Assembly: GCA_041686025.1 (NCBI GenBank)
Contig: JAWLEP010000014.1
Location: 11,768 to 63,727 of the forward strand
DNA from: Candidatus Fermentibacteraceae bacterium
GTDB taxonomy: Bacteria; Fermentibacterota; Fermentibacteria; Fermentibacterales; JCC-6
Direction: 5' to 3'
DNA: 51,960 bases
In this document: positions 1 through 7,749 of the stretch, one piece after another
Layout of the letters: the number at the start of each line of letters is the position of its first letter
Numbering within the stretch: position 1 is the first letter of the stretch
The notes under the pieces: generated by a model
Database searches by the model: none
What the model saw: only the letters and a program-made list of their open reading frames with translations
Told to the model about the DNA's origin: nothing
Translations under genes and position numbers: made by a program

Positions 1-386
1 TCTTTCGGGGAGGCGGGCTGGATCAGGAAATCGACAGTAACGGCTTCCCCCGTTTCGCTCCTCCAGCGCTGGCGGACGCGCCGTCCGCGCGCGTTGCGGT
101 CGGGCTCAAAGCCCGACTGCCTGAGACGTTCGGTCAACCCCCTGTACCGGGCACCTTCGAAGAGGGCAACGGCGAGCCCCAGGTCGAGGTCCATAGTCCC
201 GGCGTGCGCCGACGCTCCACGGGGCAGATCGTCCTGGTCTATCAGAAGAGATGGCACCATCCCCCCGACCACCACCAGATCATCTGTGAAATCGCCCAGA
301 CGGGTGGCCAGGTAGAGACAGGTCTGCCGCACCCGGGCGGCCTGACGGGTGGAGTATCCGGCTGCGGTTCCGGGCTTGTCAGTCAT
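1..386 (-). CDS. Nucleotidyltransferase toxin, AbiEii/MenT-like (partial; 3' end runs off the window)
   Basis: Not in the ORF track; translated by hand from ATG at 386, which overlaps the end of the upstream gene: MTDKPGTAAGY...LVVVGGMVPSLL...HAGTMDLDLG...VTVDFL. Pol-beta-like GG...DxD motif; the frame is open to the window edge. Confidence 0.75.
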   Translation of the reverse strand, partial: MTDKPGTAAGYSTRQAARVRQTCLYLATRLGDFTDDLVVVGGMVPSLLIDQDDLPRGASAHAGTMDLDLGLAVALFEGARYRGLTERLRQSGFEPDRNARGRRVRQRWRSETGEAVTVDFLIQPASPK

Positions 387-1446
387 CTCCGCTCCAGTCC
401 AGATGTCGCAGGCGGAGGTGCTCCGCCGCCTCCGGTCCCCTCTCGGGATGCTGTTTCAGATCGAGATAGGCCTGCAGCGGATGGACACACCGGATGCCAT
501 CCCTGTGCCCGGTTCCGAAGAAGACGCCCGAATCGTCTGGCAGGACCAGCCAGGTGTTCGCACCCCTCTGTCCGGGCCGGAATCCCATGTCCTCCTCAGT
601 TCCCCTGTCCGGATGCTCTGAGACGAATATCGTAGCGGTCCTGAATCCGGCGAACCCGTCGATCAGCCAGGCGGCTGACAGCCCGGTGACTCCGTACTCG
701 ATACCCTGCCCTTCCAGGACACTGGAGACGATGGAAGTGACCTCCATGCCCGACCGGGCGGCCACGTGCCCCCGCGTGACCGAGTGATGCCCGAAATCGT
801 AGGCCTCCTGCCAGGCGTCGAGAAGGAGGTCGGGATCGCCCGCAAAGACACGGCCCTCGCTGTCCCTCTCGATCAGTCGCCCGGCTTCCAGCCTTCCTAC
901 TATCCTGCTGGTGTACCCTTCATCCACACCCGTCCTCTCCGACAGCTCCCTCTGGCTCACGGCTCTGCCCGGATGCATAAGCAGCCATCTTGTGATTCTG
1001 GAGCTCTTGGGGGCGAAGAGGTTCGACGGCCGGCCCCTTCTCGGATACCGGTTGGGCTGGCCCAGGATCCTTAGGCGCAGCCCCTCGGCCGAGATGTCGG
1101 CATTTCCCGAGAGGTCCAGCCAGGAGATGCCCGCTTCCCTGCACCTCTCCCGTCCCGCATCCGCCATGTAGGGCACGGCCAGCAGCGGCACGGCGTGGTT
1201 CCATCGGCTGGATTCCTGGATGCATGACTGCAGCGTATCCGCGGCCCGTGCAATCGAGGCCACCTTCCCCGAGGAGCGCCACTCGATCAGGAACAGCAGT
1301 CCATCCGCGCCAACAGCCGCATCCGGGCGGTGTTTTCCGCCATCCGGCAAGGGCTCGCGAGTCAGGGCATCCCGGTCGGCTTCCAGCAATTCGGACAGCC
1401 TGGCCATTACCTCGCTCAGAGCCTGCTCTCTGGTATAGGCTTTCAT
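379..1446 (-). CDS. Type IV TA antitoxin / transcriptional regulator, AbiEi family (AbiEi_2-like)
   Basis: 355 aa with a central wHTH (SQRELSERTGVDEGYTSRIVGRL) and a C-terminal VHPLQAYLDL...ERGPEAAEHL typical of AbiEi_2 proteins; coupled to the NTase gene. Confidence 0.75.
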   Translation of the reverse strand: MKAYTREQALSEVMARLSELLEADRDALTREPLPDGGKHRPDAAVGADGLLFLIEWRSSGKVASIARAADTLQSCIQESSRWNHAVPLLAVPYMADAGRERCREAGISWLDLSGNADISAEGLRLRILGQPNRYPRRGRPSNLFAPKSSRITRWLLMHPGRAVSQRELSERTGVDEGYTSRIVGRLEAGRLIERDSEGRVFAGDPDLLLDAWQEAYDFGHHSVTRGHVAARSGMEVTSIVSSVLEGQGIEYGVTGLSAAWLIDGFAGFRTATIFVSEHPDRGTEEDMGFRPGQRGANTWLVLPDDSGVFFGTGHRDGIRCVHPLQAYLDLKQHPERGPEAAEHLRLRHLDWSGDD

Positions 1447-1503
1447 ACTTGACTAAATATACATACTTGTACGTTCGGTCAAGTCATAGAATTTATTCAA
1501 GTA
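1446..1503 (-). promoter_or_regulatory. AT-rich promoter with a 24-bp imperfect inverted-repeat operator of the TA operon
   Basis: Arms 1446-1469 and 1480-1503 match at 17/24 positions (TACTTGA.TAAAT......ACTTG) around a 10-bp spacer; they overlap minus-strand TTGACC and TATATT elements. Confidence 0.65.
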
Positions 1504-1564
1504 ATATGCATTACCGTTCCTGCCGCCAAACGCATGCGCAGCCTTGGCGGGGTGGATACTGGGG

Positions 1565-3031
1565 CTACTCGCCGCTGTCCTCGGTGATGCACCAGCCCGG
1601 CTCGCCGGAGACGTTCAGCAGGTGACGCATGCCGTCGATCTTCAGCGCCGGGGGCGGGAAGTCGGGGCCGAAGGGGGCCAGGCAGACGAACTCCGAGGGG
1701 TCGGGCTGGCTGGGCAGCTCCATGTCCACGTGGGGCCTGGGAACGGGGCTGGTGGGGTACTCGGGCATGTGGGAGATCAGCACGTCCCGCAGCTCCTCCC
1801 AGCTGGTGCCGGCGTAGGTGAAGCCCGCGGCCTTCACGTGGCCGCCGGCGGAGGTGAAGTGCTCCTTCAGCGACACCAGGAAGCCGGCCATGTTCCAGTC
1901 GCCGGGGGAGCGGGCCTCCCCCACCAGGGCGCCGTCCTCGCGGCGGCTCACCACTATGGCGCCGCGGCGGTAGATCTTGCTGAGCTTGCTGGCCAGGGTG
2001 CCGCCCATGCCGGAGGGTATCTCGGGCATCTTCACCAGTATCATGCCGTAGGCGTCGGCCTGGTCGTCCTTGCGCTTCATGGCGTCCTTCACCAGGCTGG
2101 AGAGGACGTGGGCCCGCTGGTCGGAGTGCTGGCGCATCTCGATCCAGGCCTTGCGGCAGCTGGGCTCGTCCTGGCTGAACATGAAGTCCAGCATCTGGTC
2201 GATCCCCGAGCCGTTGCCCTTGCCCACGGTGGAGGTGATGGCGTGGCGCACCATGCCCCCGCTCCACACGTAGCCGTCGCCGGGCCAGGCGTCCATCATC
2301 ACCCGCAGGCCGGCGGTGAGGGCCTGCCGGCGGATCTGCCCCGCCATGTGCAGCAGGGCGCGGTTCCAGCCCAGCAGGGGCACCCGGTCGGAGACGGTGC
2401 CCAGGGCCACCGCCGCCAGCAGCTGGTCGTCGTCCTCCCACTTGGGCCAGATCGAGCACAGGGCGGCGTAGAGGACGCCGCAGCCGGCCAGGACCGTAGC
2501 CGTGGCGCTTGCGCCGTATACCTGGGGGTCCACCAGGCCGTGGGCGTCGGGGAGGGGCGGGTTCAGTGTGTGGTGGTCGGTGATCACCACCCGGGCGCCC
2601 GCGTCCCGCGCCCACCTCACCCCCTTCACGGCAGAGCAGCCGTAGTCCACGGTGAGAAGCAGGTCGCCGCGGCTGAGATGGGGGGCCATGCGCTCGGGGA
2701 GCAGTCCGTAGTCCTCGAACTCCCGTCGGGGGAGTATGGGAACCACGTGGAACCCCTCCCGGCGGAGGACCCGCAGCCCCACGAACAGCCCCGTTATCCC
2801 GTCCATGTCGTCGTGGCCGTAGAGGACTATCTTGCCGCGGCGTTCGCGGACCCTCTCCAGCTCCTCTTCGAGGACGTCCAGGTCCGGAAGACCCGTCTTC
2901 CAGTCGGGCTTGGGCGGAAGCCACTCCCTGCGGGGGTCGGGGGAGTCCGGAAAACGCTGCCTCAGCAGCTCCATTGCCAGGCCCCGGACGCGGTTGCGCC
3001 GGGGGACGGCGGCTATCTGGTAGTTGAGCAT
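1565..3031 (-). CDS. recJ: DHH/DHHA1-family phosphoesterase, RecJ-like ssDNA exonuclease
   Basis: Motifs YGHDDMDG, LTVDYG, ITDHH, AGCGV, ALGTVSDRVPL, GGHVKAAG; GAAGGGG RBS before the ATG. Confidence 0.75.
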   Translation of the reverse strand: MLNYQIAAVPRRNRVRGLAMELLRQRFPDSPDPRREWLPPKPDWKTGLPDLDVLEEELERVRERRGKIVLYGHDDMDGITGLFVGLRVLRREGFHVVPILPRREFEDYGLLPERMAPHLSRGDLLLTVDYGCSAVKGVRWARDAGARVVITDHHTLNPPLPDAHGLVDPQVYGASATATVLAGCGVLYAALCSIWPKWEDDDQLLAAVALGTVSDRVPLLGWNRALLHMAGQIRRQALTAGLRVMMDAWPGDGYVWSGGMVRHAITSTVGKGNGSGIDQMLDFMFSQDEPSCRKAWIEMRQHSDQRAHVLSSLVKDAMKRKDDQADAYGMILVKMPEIPSGMGGTLASKLSKIYRRGAIVVSRREDGALVGEARSPGDWNMAGFLVSLKEHFTSAGGHVKAAGFTYAGTSWEELRDVLISHMPEYPTSPVPRPHVDMELPSQPDPSEFVCLAPFGPDFPPPALKIDGMRHLLNVSGEPGWCITEDSGE

Positions 3032-3139
3032 TGCCCCTTCTAAACAGCGGCAGGAGAATGTGTATCATTTCTTCATAACCATATATCGTCGCTCTCAGGT
3101 GGGTTTTTGTCAACTCCCGGGCTGTTCCGTGAGTGGGGG

Positions 3140-3168
3140 TTGAGGACCCGGGGCGTTCGGATTAAGAT
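3140..3168 (+). promoter_or_regulatory. Sigma70-type promoter, probably giving a leaderless mRNA
   Basis: TTGAGG-N17-TAAGAT, ending 7 nt before ATG 3176. Confidence 0.45.
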
Positions 3169-3175
3169 GGAAGAA

Positions 3176-4249
3176 ATGGTAAAGCTAGCCCTGCCTGCCG
3201 CTCTGCTCGCCCTGGCGGCGCCGGCGACGGGGGCCTTCGAGCAGGCCTTCGGGTCCCCTTGGCTCGGCGGCGGCGCCGCGGCCTGCCTGTTCGCCCGCTC
3301 ACCCCTTTTCGCCGCCGGCAACCCCGCGTCCACGGCCATGATGGAGTCCGCGGGGGTGGCCGCCTCGGCGGCCCGTCCCTTCGGCCTGGCCCCCCTGGAC
3401 AGGATGGCGGTGGCCGGCTGCGGCCGGGTGGCTGGTGTGCCCCTGGCCGGCACCTTCGACCTCTCCGGAGACGGCGACTGCAGCGAGGCGGCCCTGGGAG
3501 TGGCGGGAGCGTTTGCCGCCGCCCCGGGGGTGTCGGCGGGAGTGGGCGCCCACCTCCGCCGGATGCAGATCACGGGATACGGCACCGGAACGGGGGCCAG
3601 CGCCGACCTGGGCGTGGTCTACTCCCCCCTGGCCGGGATCTACGGAGGGGCCTCCGTGCGGGGGCTGCTGCGCAGCGACCTGGGGGAGAGCACAGACCCG
3701 GCCTGCCCGCGGCGGCTGGACCTGGCCCTGGGCCTCTGCCCCGCCCCGGGGGTAACCGCGGCGGTGGGCTACCGCAGCGCCGAGCACCTCCCCGCCGAGC
3801 TCTCGGTCCATTCCGCCTACGCCCCGGCGGAGGCGCTGTCGCTGTTCGCCGGGCTGCAGACCGAGCCCACCCGGTTCACCGTGGGGCTGGCGGTGTCGCT
3901 GGGCCCCGGCGAGGTCTCCTACGCAGTCTCGCAGCACGCCGAGCTGCCGGCCACCCACTCCGCGGGTCTGTGCTGGGGCGGCTGCGCCTTCCGGCCGGAG
4001 GTGCTGGACCTGGGGGGCGAGGGCGGAGACGACGGGGACGGAGAGAGCGGAGAGTTCCCGATCAACGTCAACACGGCCACCTCCGCGCAGCTGCAGACGG
4101 TGCCCGGCATAGGCCCGGCCAAGGCCGCCTCCATACTGGCCTGGATACGCGACCACGGACCCTTCGAGTCCCTGGAGGACCTGCAGTACGTCCCCGGGAT
4201 CGGCCCCGCCACCCTGGAGGGCTTCCGCGGCTACCTGGTGGCGGAGTGA
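3176..4249 (+). CDS. Exported beta-barrel-like protein fused to a C-terminal ComEA-type helix-hairpin-helix DNA-binding domain
   Basis: Signal peptide MVKLALPAALLALAAPATGA; amphipathic beta-strands; acidic Gly linker; C-terminal INVNTATSAQLQTVPGIGPAKAASI...GPFESLEDLQYVPGIG, the ComEA HhH signature. Confidence 0.8.
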   Translation: MVKLALPAALLALAAPATGAFEQAFGSPWLGGGAAACLFARSPLFAAGNPASTAMMESAGVAASAARPFGLAPLDRMAVAGCGRVAGVPLAGTFDLSGDGDCSEAALGVAGAFAAAPGVSAGVGAHLRRMQITGYGTGTGASADLGVVYSPLAGIYGGASVRGLLRSDLGESTDPACPRRLDLALGLCPAPGVTAAVGYRSAEHLPAELSVHSAYAPAEALSLFAGLQTEPTRFTVGLAVSLGPGEVSYAVSQHAELPATHSAGLCWGGCAFRPEVLDLGGEGGDDGDGESGEFPINVNTATSAQLQTVPGIGPAKAASILAWIRDHGPFESLEDLQYVPGIGPATLEGFRGYLVAE

Positions 4250-5754
4250 CCGGGCGGGGGGTTGGCGCGCTGCTGCCTGTGGCCGCCTTGGCGCTGGCCG
4301 CCGCGGCGGGGCGGGGGGACGACCTGCGGCTGAGGCTGTCGCGGCGCTGGCCCGCCTGCCGGGGGACGCTGGAGGGGGTGTACGCAGGGGACGAGTACTC
4401 CATGTTCCAGCGGCTGCGGGTGGAGAGGCCCGGGCTGCGGGCCACCCTGATCACCGAGAAGGACCGGGGGGAGGACTGGGGCGACCTGGTCTGCGGCGGG
4501 GTGGAGTACTCCGGCGGGCCCAAGGCCGTGGTGCGCAGCCTCTCTGCCGGATGGCTGCGGGTGCAGCTGGGGTCGGGGCTGGTGCTGGCCCATCCGGGGG
4601 GATGGGGCGGGGCCGGCTTCACCGGCTACGAGAAGCCGCCGGTGCTGCGGACCCGGCTGGAGCCCTCCACCGGAGCCTGGGGCTGCGAGGGGGAGCCCCT
4701 CACCGGGGTGGGGGGCCGCTTCAGCCTGGGGCGGGTGGAGCTGGCGGTGCTGCAGGCGCTGTCCTGGAAGGACCGTTCCGGCGAAGGCCTGCACCGCACC
4801 CCGGGGGAGATCGACGGCAGGGGCTGGGAGCGGGAGGTGCTGCCCGCGGTGCGGGCGGTGTGGGGCCCGCTGGGGGCCACCGCCGCCGCGGGGTGGTCGA
4901 AGACCGACAGCGGGAGTACCGACTGGCAGCGGGCGGGGCTGGACCTGGAGCTGCGCAAGGGCCCCTTCGGCCTCACCGGGGAGGTAGCGGCGGGCAGGGA
5001 CAGCGGCGGCACCGGAGCGGCCTTCTGGGCGGGGCCCAGCCACCGGGGGGAGGGCTTCCGGCAGGCCTTCCTGGTGTTCCGGACCCCGGAGGGCTTCGGG
5101 GAGGAGAGGTCCTCCCCGGCTCTGGGGGAGTGCAGGGTGGGCTGCCGCTGGGGTCTTCGGTGGCGGCCGGCGGTGGCCACCTTCGTCTCCGCCGGGCTGG
5201 TCTGCCGGGTGCGGGAGGAGGAGGACGCCTGGAAGGCGGCGGCCGAGGTCCGGCGGAGGCTGGTCCGGGGCCTGAACTCCTCGGCGGGGCTGCGCTGGAC
5301 GGCGGACGGGGACGGGGACAGCTGGCGCGGCGTGGGCTCGGGGAGCTGGGAGCCCTCGCAGCTGGTGCGGCTCTCGGTGAAGCTGCAGCTCACCGGGTGG
5401 TCCGACGCCGACTCCTCGGAGCGGGGAAGCTGCGCGGAGACCCGGCTGCGGCTGCGGCCGCGGAGGTGGCTGTCGCTGCGGCTGGGAGCGGCGGGGTTCG
5501 ACACCGACGGCTGGAGGTCGCGGGCCTACGTGGCGGCCCTGGCCTTCCCCGGGCAGTTCGGCTCCACCCAGGTGCAGGGGGAGGGGATGGTGCTGCAGGG
5601 GGCGGTGTCCGTGGAGCCCCGGGAGGGGCTGTTCCTTCGCGGTGGAGTGGGAGTGCTGCGGCGGCAGGACGCCGAGGCCCTGGGCTCGGGCTACGAGGAG
5701 ACCGAGGGAGGGTCCCGCACCGAGGCTTCGCTGCAGCTGGACTGGAGCTTCTAG
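4246..5754 (+). CDS. Outer-membrane beta-barrel protein (like the barrel portion of FCB helix-hairpin-helix proteins)
   Basis: GTG start overlaps the upstream stop (GTGA); signal peptide; EKDRGE and GxxRVQLGSGLVL motifs; ends SLQLDWSF, a BAM-type terminal Phe signal. Confidence 0.7.
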   Translation: MTGRGVGALLPVAALALAAAAGRGDDLRLRLSRRWPACRGTLEGVYAGDEYSMFQRLRVERPGLRATLITEKDRGEDWGDLVCGGVEYSGGPKAVVRSLSAGWLRVQLGSGLVLAHPGGWGGAGFTGYEKPPVLRTRLEPSTGAWGCEGEPLTGVGGRFSLGRVELAVLQALSWKDRSGEGLHRTPGEIDGRGWEREVLPAVRAVWGPLGATAAAGWSKTDSGSTDWQRAGLDLELRKGPFGLTGEVAAGRDSGGTGAAFWAGPSHRGEGFRQAFLVFRTPEGFGEERSSPALGECRVGCRWGLRWRPAVATFVSAGLVCRVREEEDAWKAAAEVRRRLVRGLNSSAGLRWTADGDGDSWRGVGSGSWEPSQLVRLSVKLQLTGWSDADSSERGSCAETRLRLRPRRWLSLRLGAAGFDTDGWRSRAYVAALAFPGQFGSTQVQGEGMVLQGAVSVEPREGLFLRGGVGVLRRQDAEALGSGYEETEGGSRTEASLQLDWSF

Positions 5755-5816
5755 GCCCGGCCCGGTATCTTTGCGGCTGCGGGCCGTGGGGCGGACAACC
5801 ACCGTGGAGGTGTAGG

Positions 5817-6308
5817 GTGAGACCATCCTGGGACGAGTACTTCCTCAAGCTGGCCATGCTGGCGTCGGAGAGGGCCACCTGCCCCCGCATGCACTGCGGG
5901 TGCGTGCTGGTGAAGGACCGCTACGTCCTCTCCACCGGCTACAACGGCTCCCTGCCCGGGGCCGACCACTGCGAGGACGTGGGCTGCCTGGTGGTGGACG
6001 GCCACTGCGTCCGCACCAACCACGCCGAGATGAACGCCATCTGCCAGGCGGCCCGGCACGGGGTCTCGGTGGACGGGGCCACCGCCTACGTCACCAACAT
6101 GCCCTGCACCACCTGCGCCAAGGCCCTGGCTGCGGCGGGGATCCGGAGGGTGGTGGTGTTCAGCGACTACCACTCCACGCTGGCGGAGCGGTTCTTCTCG
6201 GAGTCGGGGGTGGTGCTGGACCGGCTGGAGATGCCCTCCACGGACATAGACTACGACCTCGACGGCTACAGCTCGGCGCGGAAGTTCGAGGAGGCCGGCG
6301 GGGACTGA
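5817..6308 (+). CDS. dCMP deaminase family protein (ComEB-like)
   Basis: GGAGG RBS then GTG; RPSWDEYF, STGYNG, HAEMNAI and PCTTC zinc deaminase motifs; 163 aa. Confidence 0.9.
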   Translation: MRPSWDEYFLKLAMLASERATCPRMHCGCVLVKDRYVLSTGYNGSLPGADHCEDVGCLVVDGHCVRTNHAEMNAICQAARHGVSVDGATAYVTNMPCTTCAKALAAAGIRRVVVFSDYHSTLAERFFSESGVVLDRLEMPSTDIDYDLDGYSSARKFEEAGGD

Positions 6309-6319
6309 CCCCTTCCGCC

Positions 6320-7030
6320 CTAGCCCCCCAGCCTCTTGCGGAGGACCTTCTTCACCAGCTCGGCCAGCTCGGGCTCCGCGGAGACGTCCACCTCCAGCTG
6401 CAGGACGATCTTCTCGGGGGCGGGCCTCGGCGTCTCCGGCGGCCTTTCCATCTCCCGGGGCTGCACCATGGGCCCGCCGTCCCCTTCGGGTTCGACGGCC
6501 TCTTCGGCCCCGCCCTCCTCTTCCGGTTCCGGCTCCGGCGTCGTCTCCGGCTCGGGGGCGGGCTGCCCGGCGGCCTCCTCCCTGCGGGGCAGGGACTCCT
6601 CGGCCTGGGCTGCCTGGAAGTCGGAGAGGTCGCAGAGCACCTTGAAGGTGAGGATCATGTAGGCCGCCGTGCGCTCGTCGGCGTCGGTCTGCTCGCGGAA
6701 GAAGGACATAAGGGTGGAGCCGTCGGTGGTCTCGGCGGCGTCGGGGTAGCGGTCGAACAGCTTCCAGTAGGCCGCATGCACGGCGTTCCCCAGCAGGGCC
6801 GGCGCCCGGGTCCCGTCCCGGCTCTGCCGCCAGAGGTTGGTGGGCCGGTGAGCCTCGTCCAGGTACCCCAGGAACTCCAGCAGCTGCATCAGCTGCTCGT
6901 CGGTCTCCCGGCGCAGGCCGGCTGAATCCAGAAAATCTATGTCCACCACGTTGGGCGGGTCACGGCTCTCGATTACGTCCAGCAGCTTCTCGATTATTCC
7001 CGGGTCATGTATCGCGGGAAAAGAGGCCAC
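6320..7030 (-). CDS. DUF5343-like protein with an acidic Pro/Glu-rich tail
   Basis: GGAGGGAGG RBS before GTG 7030; N-terminal domain (PPNVVDIDFL...LLEFLGYLD...AYWKLF...TFKVLCDLSDF) resembles DUF5343. Confidence 0.6.
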   Translation of the reverse strand: MASFPAIHDPGIIEKLLDVIESRDPPNVVDIDFLDSAGLRRETDEQLMQLLEFLGYLDEAHRPTNLWRQSRDGTRAPALLGNAVHAAYWKLFDRYPDAAETTDGSTLMSFFREQTDADERTAAYMILTFKVLCDLSDFQAAQAEESLPRREEAAGQPAPEPETTPEPEPEEEGGAEEAVEPEGDGGPMVQPREMERPPETPRPAPEKIVLQLEVDVSAEPELAELVKKVLRKRLGG

Positions 7031-7119
7031 GGCGATCCTCCCTCCGGTATCGGTGTGGCGTTTCTGCCCTGCCCTGCTATTCTTGTACAAGAGAGGGGCG
7101 GCGCCAAGGACAGCACAGA

Positions 7120-7431
7120 TTGTTGCGAGGCCTGTCGCCTTTGGCTGCAAGACACGGGCTGGGCGTGCTGGCGGCCTTCAACAAGGGACTCCCCGGCTTC
7201 CGCAGCCGCAGCTCGGTGGCCATAGCCTCCCTGGCGGAGAGCTTCACCTGCCTGGCCCTGGGGGGCGGGATCGACTGGAAGCCGGCCCCGGTGCTGGTGG
7301 TGGGGGCGGTGCTATCCGCGCCGGTGGCCGCGTGGACGGTGAAGAGGCTGCGGGTCGACAAGTTCACGACCGTGGTTGGAGCGGCCACGGCCGTGCTGGG
7401 CGCGTTGACCATTTACAAGGCTCTGATGTAG
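7120..7431 (+). pseudogene. 3' remnant of a TauE/SafE sulfite-exporter-family membrane protein
   Basis: SLAESFTCL...IDWKPAPVLVVGAVLSAPVAAWTVKRL...GAATAVLGALTIYKAL resembles the last TauE helices; no N-terminal half and no good RBS. Confidence 0.55.
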
Positions 7432-7461
7432 GGTTTTGGCGTCCGCTTTCGAGAGAACCGC

Positions 7462-7747
7462 CTCAAACCCCGTCTGGAAGGGGCCTGGAAAGCCCCCGGC
7501 CGGCGGCGGAGCGGGTCCCGCAGCAGCCCTTGGCAAGCCCTTCGGACCGCAGGGTACACACATTCACATTCGCCTCGGAAACCCCCACTGCAAGAGGCCC
7601 GCTGCGGGGAGCCGGAACACGGCCTTGATAATAGTGGTTCGAATTGTAACAGGTTGCCTGCGGGCTATAAATCCGGGGGCTGCGGGACCCCTTGACGCCT
7701 GCGGCCGGGAGTATAGACATCGGGCGCCTTCCGGCATAGGGTTTGAG
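7462..7747. repeat. Long (~286 nt) colinear imperfect inverted repeat directly upstream of the RAYT-like gene
   Basis: Nested complementary blocks: 7462-7470/7739-7747, 7476-7481/7727-7732, 7495-7502/7702-7709, 7513-7524/7679-7690, 7547-7553/7657-7663, 7568-7572/7640-7644. Confidence 0.75.
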
Positions 7748-7749
7748 AA

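Noticed and set aside
3259..4245. 831-aa ORF 3259..5754 as one protein
   Set aside because: The first ~329 codons are Arg/Gly/Pro-rich off-frame shadow of the ComEA-fusion gene; the real gene starts at GTG 4246 with a signal peptide.
4551..5816. 585-aa ORF 4551..6308 as a deaminase fusion
   Set aside because: The upstream part is off-frame shadow; the deaminase has its own GGAGG and GTG at 5817.
7692..7717. TTGACG...TATAGA as the RAYT promoter
   Set aside because: The spacer is only 14 bp and the -10 lacks the final T, too weak to call.
7462..7747. 6S RNA, or terminal inverted repeats of an IS
   Set aside because: It is longer than typical 6S RNA and lacks the usual gene context; both arms lie on the same side of the transposase, so they are not IS ends. 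An Rfam search is still needed for a firm exclusion.
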